Notes: a model not told the origin generated them from the sequence alone. A stretch of 64,000 nucleotides of DNA from an uncultured delta proteobacterium (GCA_963706575.1 CAVPNL010000015.1:160001-224000); one strand, 5' to 3'; positions 8,381 to 19,057 are shown, counted from the stretch's first letter. Numbers and translations are program-made.

Positions 8381-10197
8381 TATGAACCAAGCGCCTGATA
8401 GGCATCCATGAGCCGATCTACCAGGTCAGAAAAATACTGGATCGCCCGCTGAATCGGTTCCGGGGACCGCATATCAACGCCGGCATCAGCAAGTTCGTCA
8501 AGCGGAAATTTGCTGCCGCCCAGCTTTAAAAAATTTAAATATGCATCCCTGACGGATGCGCCTTCATTCACAACCTTATCGGCAAGCGCAATGGACGCTG
8601 AGATTCCGGTTGCATATTTATAGACGTAAAAAGCAGAATAGAAATGGGGAATTCTTAGGCATTCCAGACTTAGTGCCGGGTCCAGGACCAATGTATCGCC
8701 AAAGTAGGTTTGCAGCAGTTCGCGGTATGTACCGGTTATGACATCAAGGGTTAGCGGTGAATTGTCTTCAACGATACGGTGGGTGATCTTTTCAAATTCA
8801 GCGAACATGGTTTGCCTGAAAAGCGTGGCGCGTATATTGTCGATTTCCCGGTTTAGAATGTATGCCGTTTTGGCTGGATCGTTTTTGTAATGGTCCAGAA
8901 GATATCGACTCAGCAAGTTCTCATTAAAAGTAGAGGCGACCTCAGCGACAAAAATCGTGTAGTCATGATCCACATAGGGCTGATGTTTATTGGAATAAAA
9001 TGAGTGCATGGAATGACCGCCTTCATGCAACAGCGTATAAACGCTGTTGATATTCTGCGATTCATAATTCAGCAGAATATAGGGCGGTGAATCGTAGCTC
9101 CCCGCAGAATAGGCGCCACTTCGTTTTCCCCGGTTTTCATAGCGGTCCACCCACCCGCCGAGCAGGCCTTCCTGTAATATTTTTGAATATTCATCTCCCA
9201 GCGGACGCATGGCCTGGACGCCCATATCGACCGCCGCCTCGTAAGGGATGTCAAATGTAACATCACTGACGACCGGCACATAGGTATCATAAAAGTGAAG
9301 GTCCGATAAAGCAAGCGCCTGTTTACGAAAATTCAGATATTTGAAAAGCGGCGCCAGGTTACTTTTCACCGTTTCGATGAGGTTGTCGTAAACGCTCTCC
9401 GGGATGCGGTCGGCAAACAATGCGGATGCCCTGCAATTGTCGAAATGGCGAACTCTGGCATAAAACAGGTCTTTTTTAATGGCATGCAACAGGGTTGCCG
9501 CAAGTGTGTGTTTATGATTTTCGTAAGCCTGATAATATTGAAAAAATGACTTCCGGCGTATATCTCTGTTCGGGTTGATTAAAAACGTGCTAAAATTTCC
9601 ATGGCTTAATTCGATTTTTTTTCCGTCCTCACCTTCCAGGCTGCCGAAATTCAAATCAACATTATCCAATTGCCCGAATACCTGAGTCGGTGCATTGGCT
9701 ATCTCCTGGCTCATGGCCAGAACGTGCTCAACAGTTTCGCTGCGCGTGTGGGGTTTATATCGCAGGATTTTTTCAAGAAAGAATTTATATTCCGCAAGTG
9801 AATCATCGGACAGAAATGAATTCATTTGGTCATCCGGTATCGACTGAATCTCTGGGGTCACGAAGCTTGCAGATTCCGAAACCCGGGTATGTAAACTCAC
9901 GGCACGTTGATGAAGCCCCAGGTAAAATTGATTTGATTTGTCTTCATCACTTTTTAAATGTGCATAAGTGTAAATGCTTTCCATTTTACGTGTGAGTGAC
10001 AGATGAAAATCAAGGGCCTCCTTAAAAACGCCAACTGAATCCTTCAATCGACCCTTATAATCAGCATACAAATCGATACGGCTTTCAACCGCGGCAATCC
10101 CTTTTTCCCAATCTTCATTTGAGCGAAATAATGGTCTCAGATCCCACTTGTGTTCATCGGAGATATCTTTCCTCTCCGGAATTGTCCGCTCTGCCAT
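8380..10197 (-). CDS. pepF: oligoendopeptidase F (M3B)
   Basis: WDL N-terminus, GKRSGAYS, TLLHEGGHSMH, FVAEVAST, HFYSAFYVYKYATG. Confidence 0.93.
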   Translation of the reverse strand: MAERTIPERKDISDEHKWDLRPLFRSNEDWEKGIAAVESRIDLYADYKGRLKDSVGVFKEALDFHLSLTRKMESIYTYAHLKSDEDKSNQFYLGLHQRAVSLHTRVSESASFVTPEIQSIPDDQMNSFLSDDSLAEYKFFLEKILRYKPHTRSETVEHVLAMSQEIANAPTQVFGQLDNVDLNFGSLEGEDGKKIELSHGNFSTFLINPNRDIRRKSFFQYYQAYENHKHTLAATLLHAIKKDLFYARVRHFDNCRASALFADRIPESVYDNLIETVKSNLAPLFKYLNFRKQALALSDLHFYDTYVPVVSDVTFDIPYEAAVDMGVQAMRPLGDEYSKILQEGLLGGWVDRYENRGKRSGAYSAGSYDSPPYILLNYESQNINSVYTLLHEGGHSMHSFYSNKHQPYVDHDYTIFVAEVASTFNENLLSRYLLDHYKNDPAKTAYILNREIDNIRATLFRQTMFAEFEKITHRIVEDNSPLTLDVITGTYRELLQTYFGDTLVLDPALSLECLRIPHFYSAFYVYKYATGISASIALADKVVNEGASVRDAYLNFLKLGGSKFPLDELADAGVDMRSPEPIQRAIQYFSDLVDRLMDAYQALGS

Positions 10198-10426
10198 TTC
10201 AGAATTCCTTTCGCCACAGAAGTGAAGAATAACACTACCAAAGTAAAAACTAAATGGCGAATTGCAAACGATTAAACCGCCATGTTTGAAAAATAGGTAA
10301 AACCCAATGTTTCAGAAGCCTTGAAATCCGCATCGTCCGTTTTTTGTTTTCGATAGCGCCAAGCCAAAATTTATATATGATTTCAGTAGTTTTTATTTAT
10401 TAAAAAATGCAGGCTATTGTAATATT

Positions 10427-10455
10427 TTGACAATCTCAAGTAAATTCAATATAAT
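10427..10455 (+). promoter_or_regulatory. sigma70 promoter
   Basis: exact TTGACA-N17-TATAAT; the ORF-track TTG start lies inside the -35 box, so the true start is downstream. Confidence 0.75.
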
Positions 10456-10477
10456 TATACGAAAATATAGATTATTT

Positions 10478-13207
10478 TTGCTGTCATCCCATCCAAATAA
10501 AAAATTGGAACCAAAAGCCTTAAAATTGAACTATCGCTCGGCCGAGCGATTCAGTAAAGACTATGCCCTGCTAAAAAGCGGGAGGATATTTCTGCCATCC
10601 AAAACCCTCCCTGCCTTAAAAACCGCCCTGACTTTAAATTTCACCGTCCCAGGAATCGACAACGTATTCACAGTCGAGGGGGTGGTTGAGAAAACCATCG
10701 ATGAGGAAGCGGCCGCCATACTCAATAAACCGACGGGTATAGTGCTCGCGGTGGTAGATGAACTGGATGTGTTTTTAAATAAATTGAACGCGGTGTTGTG
10801 CAGACACATCGAGTATCAGATATTGCTGGGATTGATGCCACCTGAGGAATCCGACACATCTGCTGTCGATATGCACCCGGTTTCACACCAAGCCGATAGC
10901 GAATTGAATGACCTGGATGAAGCCGAGTTCGAAGATGCCGGCGAGGCTAAACTGTCCCTGGATTGGCTGCGGAAAGCAGTCGCACAGGAAAAGGTTGTCA
11001 AAGAGGATGTGCCGCCACTTGAACTCACAGTTGCGCCGACCGCTGAGAAAAAGGATCTAACCCCGGAAGAACGAACAAAGGTAAAGCCCTCCGGTGAGTT
11101 TCTCATGGATCTAACCAAAGCGATGCTTCGAAGCGGCTACTATTCTGCGGAACATCCCGGTTCTGAAGGCGCCAAGCAGGGTTTATTTGAAAAGTTTCAA
11201 AGCTGTCTGGGCGAATCCAGACAGATCGAGATCACCAAGCAGGAAACCCGCCAAAAAGCAGATATCCTGATTACCGGAATTCTTGAGGAACCGGTTAATG
11301 TGCGAACACTCGTCGGGACGGGTATGGCTGAATTATTTCTTCCCAAGTTGACAGAATATTTCAAGCGCAAAGCGCTGGTAAGCTTCGCCATCAAAAATGA
11401 TATCACCCTGGAGCATTTCGAAAGCTTTGTGGATATCATGAGCGATCCCAAGGCCGACAGTGGTGAGGGCACTAAAATTGGCCAGTTGCTGTCCACGGCT
11501 CTGGTTGAACATGGGATTACCGAAATATCCACGGTTTTTATGGACGACCTGATCATGCTGGAATTAAACCTTCCCTGGCGGGTCGAAATGGCGATTCAAC
11601 GCCTGGCTAAAGATCTTAAAATGCTGCCCATGTTTCAGGGTGGTTCCGATGAAAATATCCGGACCTTAAAACTTCAAATTATCCAGGATATCATCCGTCC
11701 CCTCAGGCACCCCGAGTTTCTGAAAGACCTGGTCATCAATTGTTACATCATCGCCGAACATGTGGATGGCATTGAGAAGGAAGACATCGAGCAAGTTATT
11801 ATCGAATCTTTTCCCTTAGACACCCTGTTGCCCACTTCCAAGTTCATTTTTGCCGAACTCAATGACTTGCGGGAAAAGCATGCGCAAGATTTGGACAATC
11901 CGACTTTGGTCAGGCGGGTTGAGGGCGCCAAACGAATTCTTAAATGGGTCGTCAGTCGATTGGTAAAGGAGGATGTCAGCGGGGCGCAAAGCTTCCTTGA
12001 AGAACTCTATTTAAATGAAATCCTCACTTTTGAAGAACTGCCGCCGGATGTTCAATATCTGGTAAATACCTTGGTAATGACCAGAGATGCACAGGCCCAC
12101 CTTTCGGCCTATGTTCGCAGACTCCTGGGTGCTGAAACAACCGCCGATGCGGTGCTTCTGGTAAAATTTTGCCGAAGAATCTTTCCGACGCTTTTTGAAG
12201 ATAACGACTGGAAAATTGCCCTTTTGCTAACCCGGGCAGCGGATAGAGCCGGCAAAGAAAATCAGGCCTTTAAAAAAGACAGCAGCCTATCACCCACTCC
12301 GCAAAGATTTATTTACAAGAATTTGACTGAGGAGCTGGTGACTGCATATGAAAACGCAGAAGACGCCGAACGTAAAATTATTGATCAAATCGCCGGCTTA
12401 CTGGGACCTCAGGGAATTGAGATTTTAAGCAGAGTTCTCAGCGAGTGTGAAGATCGCCAGGCTCGCAAATTCGCAACCGATGCCCTCATCCAGCAGGGCG
12501 AGATGGCCCGTCTCTGGGTTCTCAAAGCTTTGGGCAATCCTGACCAGCCCTGGTATTTATTACGTAACACCCTGATGATTCTCAGATTTGTAGGCAAAGG
12601 TGAAAAAGGAATCGAGCGGGCGCGTCAATTTATATCACATGAACACCCCCGTGTGAGGGACGAGGCCTTACATACCTTCCTGACTTTAAAGGCCCCTGAT
12701 GCCGAACAAATCGTCATCGACGCACTAGAGGATCCCGATGACAAAGTTCAATGGCGGGCGACAGCCGCATTGAGTGAACTCGCCCCGCTATCAGAAACTT
12801 CTGTAGCCAAAATCATTCAAATGATCAAGGCCGAAATTCCGGAGGAAGAAGAAGCCGCAGCACAGCACAGCCGTAAAATATGTAATATCATCAGAACCCT
12901 GGGGACCGTAATCAATATTAAAAACATCCAAGGCGTCGAAGAATCTCTGATAAAAATCTCCCAGATGATCAACGGAAGAAATAAAGGATTTCTTAAACGG
13001 CTAAAAAAATCTTCCTCCCCGCATCATACCGCTATTCTATCAGCTGCCATCGCCACCCTGGGTAAAATTGGCACAGTCAATTCCGAAGCGTTTCTCAAAA
13101 AAATGGCAGGCACAAAGACAGCACAGGCAGAAGCCGCCCGCAAAGCAATCGAAGGCATCCGCCAGCGTTATGCCAAACAGCAGGACGGTGAGCCTGCCGC
13201 ATCCTAA
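10478..13207 (+). CDS. HEAT-repeat protein with N-terminal PilZ-like domain (start uncertain)
   Basis: SGRIFLPS...LTLNFTVP...VEGVV PilZ-like segment, acidic linker, C-terminal HPRVRDEAL / DPDDKVQWRATAAL repeats. Confidence 0.7.
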   Translation: MLSSHPNKKLEPKALKLNYRSAERFSKDYALLKSGRIFLPSKTLPALKTALTLNFTVPGIDNVFTVEGVVEKTIDEEAAAILNKPTGIVLAVVDELDVFLNKLNAVLCRHIEYQILLGLMPPEESDTSAVDMHPVSHQADSELNDLDEAEFEDAGEAKLSLDWLRKAVAQEKVVKEDVPPLELTVAPTAEKKDLTPEERTKVKPSGEFLMDLTKAMLRSGYYSAEHPGSEGAKQGLFEKFQSCLGESRQIEITKQETRQKADILITGILEEPVNVRTLVGTGMAELFLPKLTEYFKRKALVSFAIKNDITLEHFESFVDIMSDPKADSGEGTKIGQLLSTALVEHGITEISTVFMDDLIMLELNLPWRVEMAIQRLAKDLKMLPMFQGGSDENIRTLKLQIIQDIIRPLRHPEFLKDLVINCYIIAEHVDGIEKEDIEQVIIESFPLDTLLPTSKFIFAELNDLREKHAQDLDNPTLVRRVEGAKRILKWVVSRLVKEDVSGAQSFLEELYLNEILTFEELPPDVQYLVNTLVMTRDAQAHLSAYVRRLLGAETTADAVLLVKFCRRIFPTLFEDNDWKIALLLTRAADRAGKENQAFKKDSSLSPTPQRFIYKNLTEELVTAYENAEDAERKIIDQIAGLLGPQGIEILSRVLSECEDRQARKFATDALIQQGEMARLWVLKALGNPDQPWYLLRNTLMILRFVGKGEKGIERARQFISHEHPRVRDEALHTFLTLKAPDAEQIVIDALEDPDDKVQWRATAALSELAPLSETSVAKIIQMIKAEIPEEEEAAAQHSRKICNIIRTLGTVINIKNIQGVEESLIKISQMINGRNKGFLKRLKKSSSPHHTAILSAAIATLGKIGTVNSEAFLKKMAGTKTAQAEAARKAIEGIRQRYAKQQDGEPAAS

Positions 13208-13265
13208 TGTCCGATTTGCTATTCTGGTTTATTTTCCACCAATTAAATTGTTGAACAGGAATTTA

Positions 13266-13357
13266 TACTCGTCCTCGTCCTCGTCGTCGTACTCGTAATC
13301 GATAAATCAAACACTCGCGAAACCCTGTCTCGAGGACGAGGACGAGAACGAGGACGA
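13266..13357. repeat. inverted hexamer tandem repeat (TCGTCC/GGACGA)
   Basis: (CTCGTC)n ... (GAGGAC)n between convergent genes. Confidence 0.75.
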
Positions 13358-13427
13358 TGTGCTCATAAAAGATATGAATTAATTTATGCTTTCTTAACGG
13401 ACTCAACGGGCCAACCGGCAAGCCGCT

Positions 13428-14339
13428 TTACCCGGACTTGCGCATTTTTTTTGCGTAAGTTGCGGCTGCAATGCCGGCGACGCAACCTTCACCCACCGCC
13501 TTGGCCATTTGCCAGGGAGGGCCGCAGATATCACCGGCAGCAAAAACGCCCGGCACGTTGGTTTCCATTTTTTTGTTGGTTGCGATATATTTCATTTCAT
13601 CGTCAAATTGGATCCCGATATGGGTCGCCAGTTCCATAACGCCCCTGGCACCCAGTTCGATAAAAACGCCTGCCACAGGTATTTTTGACCCATCATCCAA
13701 AATAATCTCCTTAACACCGGTATCTCCGGAAATCTCTTTTACTTTTGTTTTTTCACGAATCACCACACTGCTTTTTTTCAGTTCTATGGCCAGTGTATCG
13801 GAGATGTCCAATTTCTCACAGATCAGGTTTACGGTTTTGGCATAGTTCAGCAATGTCAGCGCTCCGCTTACAGCAGCACTGGCTCCACCGATAACCACGA
13901 CATCTTCTCCTTTAAAAAAATTGGCATCGCATTCCACGCAATAACTGACCCCGCGGCCCAAAAATTCCTTTTCACCGGGAGCACCTAATTTGTTGCGGGC
14001 CGCACCGGTGGCGACGATAAGCGAACGGCAAGTAAGTTCTGTTCCACTCTCGGAAATAATTTTAAACTGCTGCCCATCAGGCAATATGTTCAAAACATCT
14101 TCGTCAAGTAAATCGGCACCAAAATTAGCAGCTTGCTGTCGACCGACATTCAGCATTTCCTCACCGGTGATATTGAAAATGCAGCAAAAATTTTCAACAT
14201 GGGCATGAAACAGGCTGCTTTTGGTCTCCTTGCCCAATACCAGCACGGAAACTTTTTTACGGGCGGCATGAATCGCCGCCTGTAATCCGGCCGGTCCGGT
14301 GCCCAGAATGATGACATCGTAGTCTTTTTTCTCTGGCAT
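13428..14339 (-). CDS. thioredoxin reductase-like flavoprotein
   Basis: GTGPAG, GRGVSYCVECD (CxxC), TNVPGVFAAGD. Confidence 0.88.
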   Translation of the reverse strand: MPEKKDYDVIILGTGPAGLQAAIHAARKKVSVLVLGKETKSSLFHAHVENFCCIFNITGEEMLNVGRQQAANFGADLLDEDVLNILPDGQQFKIISESGTELTCRSLIVATGAARNKLGAPGEKEFLGRGVSYCVECDANFFKGEDVVVIGGASAAVSGALTLLNYAKTVNLICEKLDISDTLAIELKKSSVVIREKTKVKEISGDTGVKEIILDDGSKIPVAGVFIELGARGVMELATHIGIQFDDEMKYIATNKKMETNVPGVFAAGDICGPPWQMAKAVGEGCVAGIAAATYAKKMRKSG

Positions 14340-14353
14340 ATATCACTCCTAGT

Positions 14354-14478
14354 CAAAGGTTCAAGGGTTCAGAGGACTTGTTAGATTAGTTTTATTAGTT
14401 TCATTGGTTGAATTGGTTGGCTTAAAACCGAACCAATTGAACGAATTAAACCAATCAAACCAATTAAACAGTTGAAAC
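14354..14478. repeat. inverted tandem-repeat module (ATTGGTT/AACCAAT type)
   Basis: same family as 46250-46325 and 50522-50610. Confidence 0.7.
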
Positions 14479-14498
14479 ACTAGCTGACTTGCTGACAC

Positions 14499-15152
14499 CT
14501 ATTTATTTAGCTGTTTTAGGGCCTCAACCGCCAGGATTTTCTTCTTTATGCGCGGCGGATAAAGCTTCTCGACTTTGCTGGTCTTATAGTCAAAGCGGTT
14601 GATGTAAGGCCGGCGAATGGGGCTTCCGTAAACACTGATCATAATCGTTGTGCCGTCAACCGGGTTTCCCGTTTGATGAATGCCTTCGTTTAACGGATGC
14701 GTCAGTTCGATCTCTCCGGGCTGCAGATAAACCGGGGCCGCCTGCAGTAATTGGGCGAATCCTTCAACGCTGCCGTCGTCTTCGCGTACGTAGCGAATCA
14801 CCCCCAGTTCTCCGACCGCCGTGCCCGAGACTCCCCAGGAAGAATGATCATGAATCGGGGTGTAGTCCCCTGGGCCGTATAGAAACATGCGAAGGGAGAA
14901 AAGGCGCTTTGGATTTAGATACAGCAGAATTTCATCATCGATCATCTGGGCCTGGCGCAAATCCGGGTAAGGGCTGCCGGCTTTGATATTTTTTAGCAGT
15001 TCCTCAAATACCGCTTGCTTCCGCAGAAAATCCGCCAGTTCGTTTTGAAAAAATTCCATACGCGCCGCATCCCCGGAAATATTTTCAATGGATTGAGACC
15101 ATCGATTGCAGATTTTCAGCAGCTCAATAGGCGGCTTCGGTGGTCTCGGCAT
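14499..15152 (-). CDS. cysteine/thiol dioxygenase-like cupin
   Basis: TPIHDHSSWG...GIHQTGN...ISVYG (3-His arrangement). Confidence 0.75.
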   Translation of the reverse strand: MPRPPKPPIELLKICNRWSQSIENISGDAARMEFFQNELADFLRKQAVFEELLKNIKAGSPYPDLRQAQMIDDEILLYLNPKRLFSLRMFLYGPGDYTPIHDHSSWGVSGTAVGELGVIRYVREDDGSVEGFAQLLQAAPVYLQPGEIELTHPLNEGIHQTGNPVDGTTIMISVYGSPIRRPYINRFDYKTSKVEKLYPPRIKKKILAVEALKQLNK

Positions 15153-15221
15153 CAGTGATTATCTCCCAAATTATTGGTGATTTATTAGAAAAATTATACC
15201 CTGCAATGGCGCCGCGAGCGC

Positions 15222-15387
15222 TGCGCTTAAAGAGCGTTTCACTTGAAGAGCGCTTCGCTCGATGTATCCACAACTTAGACTCTAACCTCAATCCGCCGAA
15301 GGCGGAGCTCCTCAAGGCTCGAAGAGCCGCTCCTAAAGGCCTGAAAGGCCGCTCCTCTAGTTCCACCGGAAGGGTGGAGACGCTCGT
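15222..15387. repeat. multi-hairpin repeat element (GAGCG/CGCTC family)
   Basis: short hairpins separated by GCTCCT; related copy at 44179-44356. Confidence 0.7.
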
Positions 15388-15406
15388 CCATCGAAAAGAT
15401 GGGCAT

Positions 15407-17335
15407 TTAGACGTTCTCCAATCTGACATACTGATCATAATAAGCAGCGCCGGAGCCGATGTCGGTTAAGCGGGCCTCAATCAGCTGATTAACACCGCCG
15501 CCCATACTGATCCAGTCTCCCCGGCGGTAAATAACAACATCAGGGTGAAGATCCGACAGCGTCTGCACGCTGACTTTCAGCCGCCCCAACGGTGAAACCA
15601 GCTCAACGGGTTTTTGCAGGTTCAAATTCTCCAGGCAGAGACTATCCGACGCCACCCAGACTACGGGCGGTTGTTTTTGATCCTCAGGCAATATCTGGGA
15701 ATGAATAGACTTGCGGCGCACCAGAGTTAACAGGCGCAGCGGGTATTCTGCCGGTGGTTCCGGTTCGGCATGCAGCAGATAAGGAAATCGGTATTTGCCG
15801 TCCTGATGCATAAACCGCAGACCGGCGTAAGCAACTTCAGGCCGATTGGAACGGACACAACCGCACTTCTGAATCTCCTCGAGGGTCGTTGACAGAAAGG
15901 GCGAATCCAAGGCAGCCCGCAGGCATTCTTCCGCGCTCGGCAGGGCAACCGGCGGATCGAGGCGTCTGGCAATTTCAGTCAGAATCCAGTAATCGTTTCT
16001 GGCCTCGCCGGGAGCGGGAAGCACGGGGCACACGTATTGAACCTGCTCATGCAGATATGAGCCGATAATGTCTTCCTGCTCCAGGATAAGGGTGCTGGGC
16101 AGCACCAGATCGGCTTGCTGGGCCGTATCATTCATAAAGGCATCGACCACAACCTTAAAATCAACCCTGGCGAATGCTTTTATGAGTTGCAGCGAGTCCG
16201 GCGCCTGGTTAATGACATTGGCGCCGTTGATCCAGATCATCTCAATCGGCGGGTTTTCCGCCGCCAGGATCTCCCGGCCGATCACCGGAAACTGAAAAGA
16301 ACGACGCGGTAGTTTTTCCAGCTCCCGCGTCCATTTTAGATTCAGGTTGCGATAGGAATGCAGCTGGAAATAGCTGCCGCCCCCTGATCGCCCGATATTG
16401 CCGGAAAGCAAGGCCAGCGCATTGATAAACCTCACATTTTCGCCGCCATATCGATAACGCTGCAGCCCGGCGCTGATCAGGGTGGCCACCGGATCTTTTT
16501 GTGCGTAGCATTCATAAACCCGCTCAAAATCTGCTTCGGACACATCGCAAGCATCAAGCAAATCGTTCATCGGCTGAGCTTTGATCAGCGCCAAAAACTT
16601 CTCCGGAGCTCGCGTGTGGCGTAAAACATTTTGATCAATCACATCGTTTATCATCAAAACCTGCAGGACGGCTGCTGCCAGGAATCGATCCGTGCCGGGC
16701 CGGATACGAATGTGCGCATCGGAATAGGCATGATTGCCATCCCCCCCCGGGGAGATGGTCAGCACCCGGGTGCCGTTTTTACGGACCCGTTTGACCAGCG
16801 CGGCCGTATGAACCGAACTGCGCGAAAAATCCTTGCCCCAGTTGATGATTCGGGAGGCATTGATCAGGTTGTTGATATCGTTGTTTTCCCGCGAGCCGAA
16901 ATCATGCACACCGGCCATATAACCGGCTGCATCACAAAGCGACCCTCTCACCCGGCTGGTTCCCAGTCTGGAAAAAAGAAGCGTGGTTGCTTCTTTTAAA
17001 ACGCCTTTGGCGCCCTCGTTATGGATATGCAGAATTGCCGTGGGCCGGGACCGCAAATTCTGGATCTTTGCGACACACAGATCGAGTGCCGAGTCCCAGC
17101 TGATGGTTTGCCAACCGGATTTGGTTTGCAATTGTGGCTGGGTAATCCGATGGGGGCTCTGGACTCTTCTGACATGATCTTTCAGTTTGGCGCAGGTAAA
17201 CCCGGAGGTGAACGGATTGTCTGGATTGCCCTGGACCTTCACCCTTCCATCCGCTTCGCGACTTACGACGATAGAACAGGCGTCGGGACAATCCATGGTA
17301 CAGGCAGTGATTGCTTTTTCTTTTTTTTCATTCAT
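15407..17335 (-). CDS. molybdopterin-dependent oxidoreductase (DMSO reductase superfamily), cytoplasmic
   Basis: CTMDCPDAC...C Fe-S motif, ISWDSALD, IRPGTD, DTAQQADLVLP; no Tat signal; ATG 17335. Confidence 0.88.
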   Translation of the reverse strand: MNEKKEKAITACTMDCPDACSIVVSREADGRVKVQGNPDNPFTSGFTCAKLKDHVRRVQSPHRITQPQLQTKSGWQTISWDSALDLCVAKIQNLRSRPTAILHIHNEGAKGVLKEATTLLFSRLGTSRVRGSLCDAAGYMAGVHDFGSRENNDINNLINASRIINWGKDFSRSSVHTAALVKRVRKNGTRVLTISPGGDGNHAYSDAHIRIRPGTDRFLAAAVLQVLMINDVIDQNVLRHTRAPEKFLALIKAQPMNDLLDACDVSEADFERVYECYAQKDPVATLISAGLQRYRYGGENVRFINALALLSGNIGRSGGGSYFQLHSYRNLNLKWTRELEKLPRRSFQFPVIGREILAAENPPIEMIWINGANVINQAPDSLQLIKAFARVDFKVVVDAFMNDTAQQADLVLPSTLILEQEDIIGSYLHEQVQYVCPVLPAPGEARNDYWILTEIARRLDPPVALPSAEECLRAALDSPFLSTTLEEIQKCGCVRSNRPEVAYAGLRFMHQDGKYRFPYLLHAEPEPPAEYPLRLLTLVRRKSIHSQILPEDQKQPPVVWVASDSLCLENLNLQKPVELVSPLGRLKVSVQTLSDLHPDVVIYRRGDWISMGGGVNQLIEARLTDIGSGAAYYDQYVRLENV

Positions 17336-17466
17336 TATCCGTAACTTAAGCAGCATAAAAAATTTAGTCAAGAACGGGGTGGATTGAAAATAGGCGTGGC
17401 AATGCGGATGCTGCCTGCCGTCAAATAACAAATTTTTAGGTGGAATCGGCGTGGTGAAACAGATGG

Positions 17467-17501
17467 AAGGATAATGCAGGTATTCGTAACTTTTCGATTC
17501 G
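17467..17501 (+). repeat. 35-bp direct repeat, left copy
   Basis: AAGGATAATGCAGGTATTCGTAACTTTTCGATTCG; 34/35 identical to 33751-33785. Confidence 0.9.
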
Positions 17502-17625
17502 AGTGAAAAGGCCATCTATGACTTTTTTAGATGGCCTTTTATTTGGTAAAAATATAATTAATTTAAAAAAGGCTACAGGGATGGTCGGATTTGCTCTGAG
17601 AGAAGTTAATCCAAACCGAAAAATT

Positions 17626-17651
17626 TGTAACTTTTTGGGTCATTATTCGTT
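17626..17651 (+). promoter_or_regulatory. ECF-type promoter (autoregulatory)
   Basis: TGTAAC-N16-CGTT just upstream of the ECF gene; same motif at 20148-20173. Confidence 0.7.
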
Positions 17652-17662
17652 ATATAACAAAA

Positions 17663-18142
17663 GTGGTGAAATTCAGGTCATTTTACAACAGATATAAAGA
17701 TATGCTTTTTGCTTACCTGATGCGTACTAGCGGTGATTATTACCTGTCCGGCGACATCATGCAGGAAAGCTTTACCCGTTATCTCGACCGATACGGCAAA
17801 CGCGAACCGAGCGCGCCCCTGCTTTTTAAAATCGCACGCAACGCCCTGCTGGACCATCGGCGCAAATCGAATCGCACCTCCCAGTTCCGGGATGAAAACG
17901 AGCTTCAGGGCGGTAATCCGGAGCATCATCTGATGGTCAGGGACGAATACCGGCGTACGCTGTTAGCCATACAGCAACTGGAGGCGGCCGAAAGGGATAT
18001 TTTAAGCCTCGTTGTCAGCAGTGATCTGTCTTATCGGGAAATTGCAGAAATTCACCGTACCAGCGAGCAGAATATAAAAGTCAAAGTTCATCGGGCCCGG
18101 GTGAAACTCAGAGAAGCCCTTGGAGAAAGGGATAAGAAATGA
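17663..18142 (+). CDS. ECF RNA polymerase sigma factor
   Basis: DIMQESF, LFKIARNALLDHRRK, LSYREIAEI...IKVKVHRAR. Confidence 0.92.
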   Translation: MVKFRSFYNRYKDMLFAYLMRTSGDYYLSGDIMQESFTRYLDRYGKREPSAPLLFKIARNALLDHRRKSNRTSQFRDENELQGGNPEHHLMVRDEYRRTLLAIQQLEAAERDILSLVVSSDLSYREIAEIHRTSEQNIKVKVHRARVKLREALGERDKK

Positions 18143-18696
18143 AGGATTATTTGATCAGTATGTTCATCGATGACGAGATGAATGTCGATGAAAAAATCGA
18201 GTTTGTCGAGACGGTCCACAGCGACGCGGCGGTCAAAGACGAAACCATCGGTCTCCTGCAGCAGGAAAAGGTGATTCGCGCCCGGGTGGTTGACCGAATT
18301 GGCGGCGCTCAGGTGGACATCCGGCCGACGCTGCATCTGCGATTTTGGAAGCCGGCCGCGGCTTTTATGGGTGGACTGGCGGCAGCCCTGATCATTGTCT
18401 TTTTTGCGCAGCCGGAGCCGAAAATGGCGGCCGTGCCTTACCGGTTCGTCATTTATCAACCCGATGCCGGTCAGGTTGAACTTACCGGCAGTTTCACCGG
18501 CTGGAACACCATCCCCATGAAAAAGATGGGGGCCAGCGGATACTGGGAGGCAACAATTGATCTTTATCCGGGTGAACATCATTACAGTTACATCCTCGAG
18601 GGCGGCCGGCGCGTGCCCGACCCGACGATTTTGACACGCGAGAAAGACGATTTTGGTGGCGAAAATTCAATTATAGATATACACAGGAAGGTATGA
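18139..18696 (+). CDS. putative anti-sigma factor with one TM helix and C-terminal CBM48/AMPK-type glycogen-binding domain
   Basis: ATGA overlap with sigma gene; LISMFIDDEM N-terminus; VELTGSFTGW...GYW...PGEHHYSYIL...PDP...DDFGGENS. Confidence 0.8.
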   Translation: MKDYLISMFIDDEMNVDEKIEFVETVHSDAAVKDETIGLLQQEKVIRARVVDRIGGAQVDIRPTLHLRFWKPAAAFMGGLAAALIIVFFAQPEPKMAAVPYRFVIYQPDAGQVELTGSFTGWNTIPMKKMGASGYWEATIDLYPGEHHYSYILEGGRRVPDPTILTREKDDFGGENSIIDIHRKV

Positions 18697-19019
18697 AAAG
18701 ATGGTTGATTCCCGTTTACGCCATACTGCTTCTGATATCAGGCTGCACCGGGCGCCTCTACCGGGTGGAGGATGATCGGGTGACTTTCTATCTGGACTTG
18801 CCGGCTGCGCAGCAAGTTGATTTTGCCTATTCTCTTGATGAATTCAGGTTGCATAAAGTTAAAAAAAAGCAGGGCGGCACATGGGAAATCGCCGTCCCGG
18901 CGGACATTGAATTCAGATATTTCTTTATTGTCGATGGGGTGGTGTACCTCCCCGGGTGTGATCTCAGGGAAGCAGACGATTTCGGCTCCGGAAACTGCAT
19001 TTTCGAGCCTGCCCGCTGA
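18693..19019 (+). CDS. lipoprotein with CBM48-like domain
   Basis: lipobox LISGC; GTW...FRYFFIVDG...DDFGSGNC. Confidence 0.75.
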   Translation: MKRWLIPVYAILLLISGCTGRLYRVEDDRVTFYLDLPAAQQVDFAYSLDEFRLHKVKKKQGGTWEIAVPADIEFRYFFIVDGVVYLPGCDLREADDFGSGNCIFEPAR

Positions 19020-19057
19020 CGGGCAACATCATAGAATGCGATGGAGCTTCACGTGCC

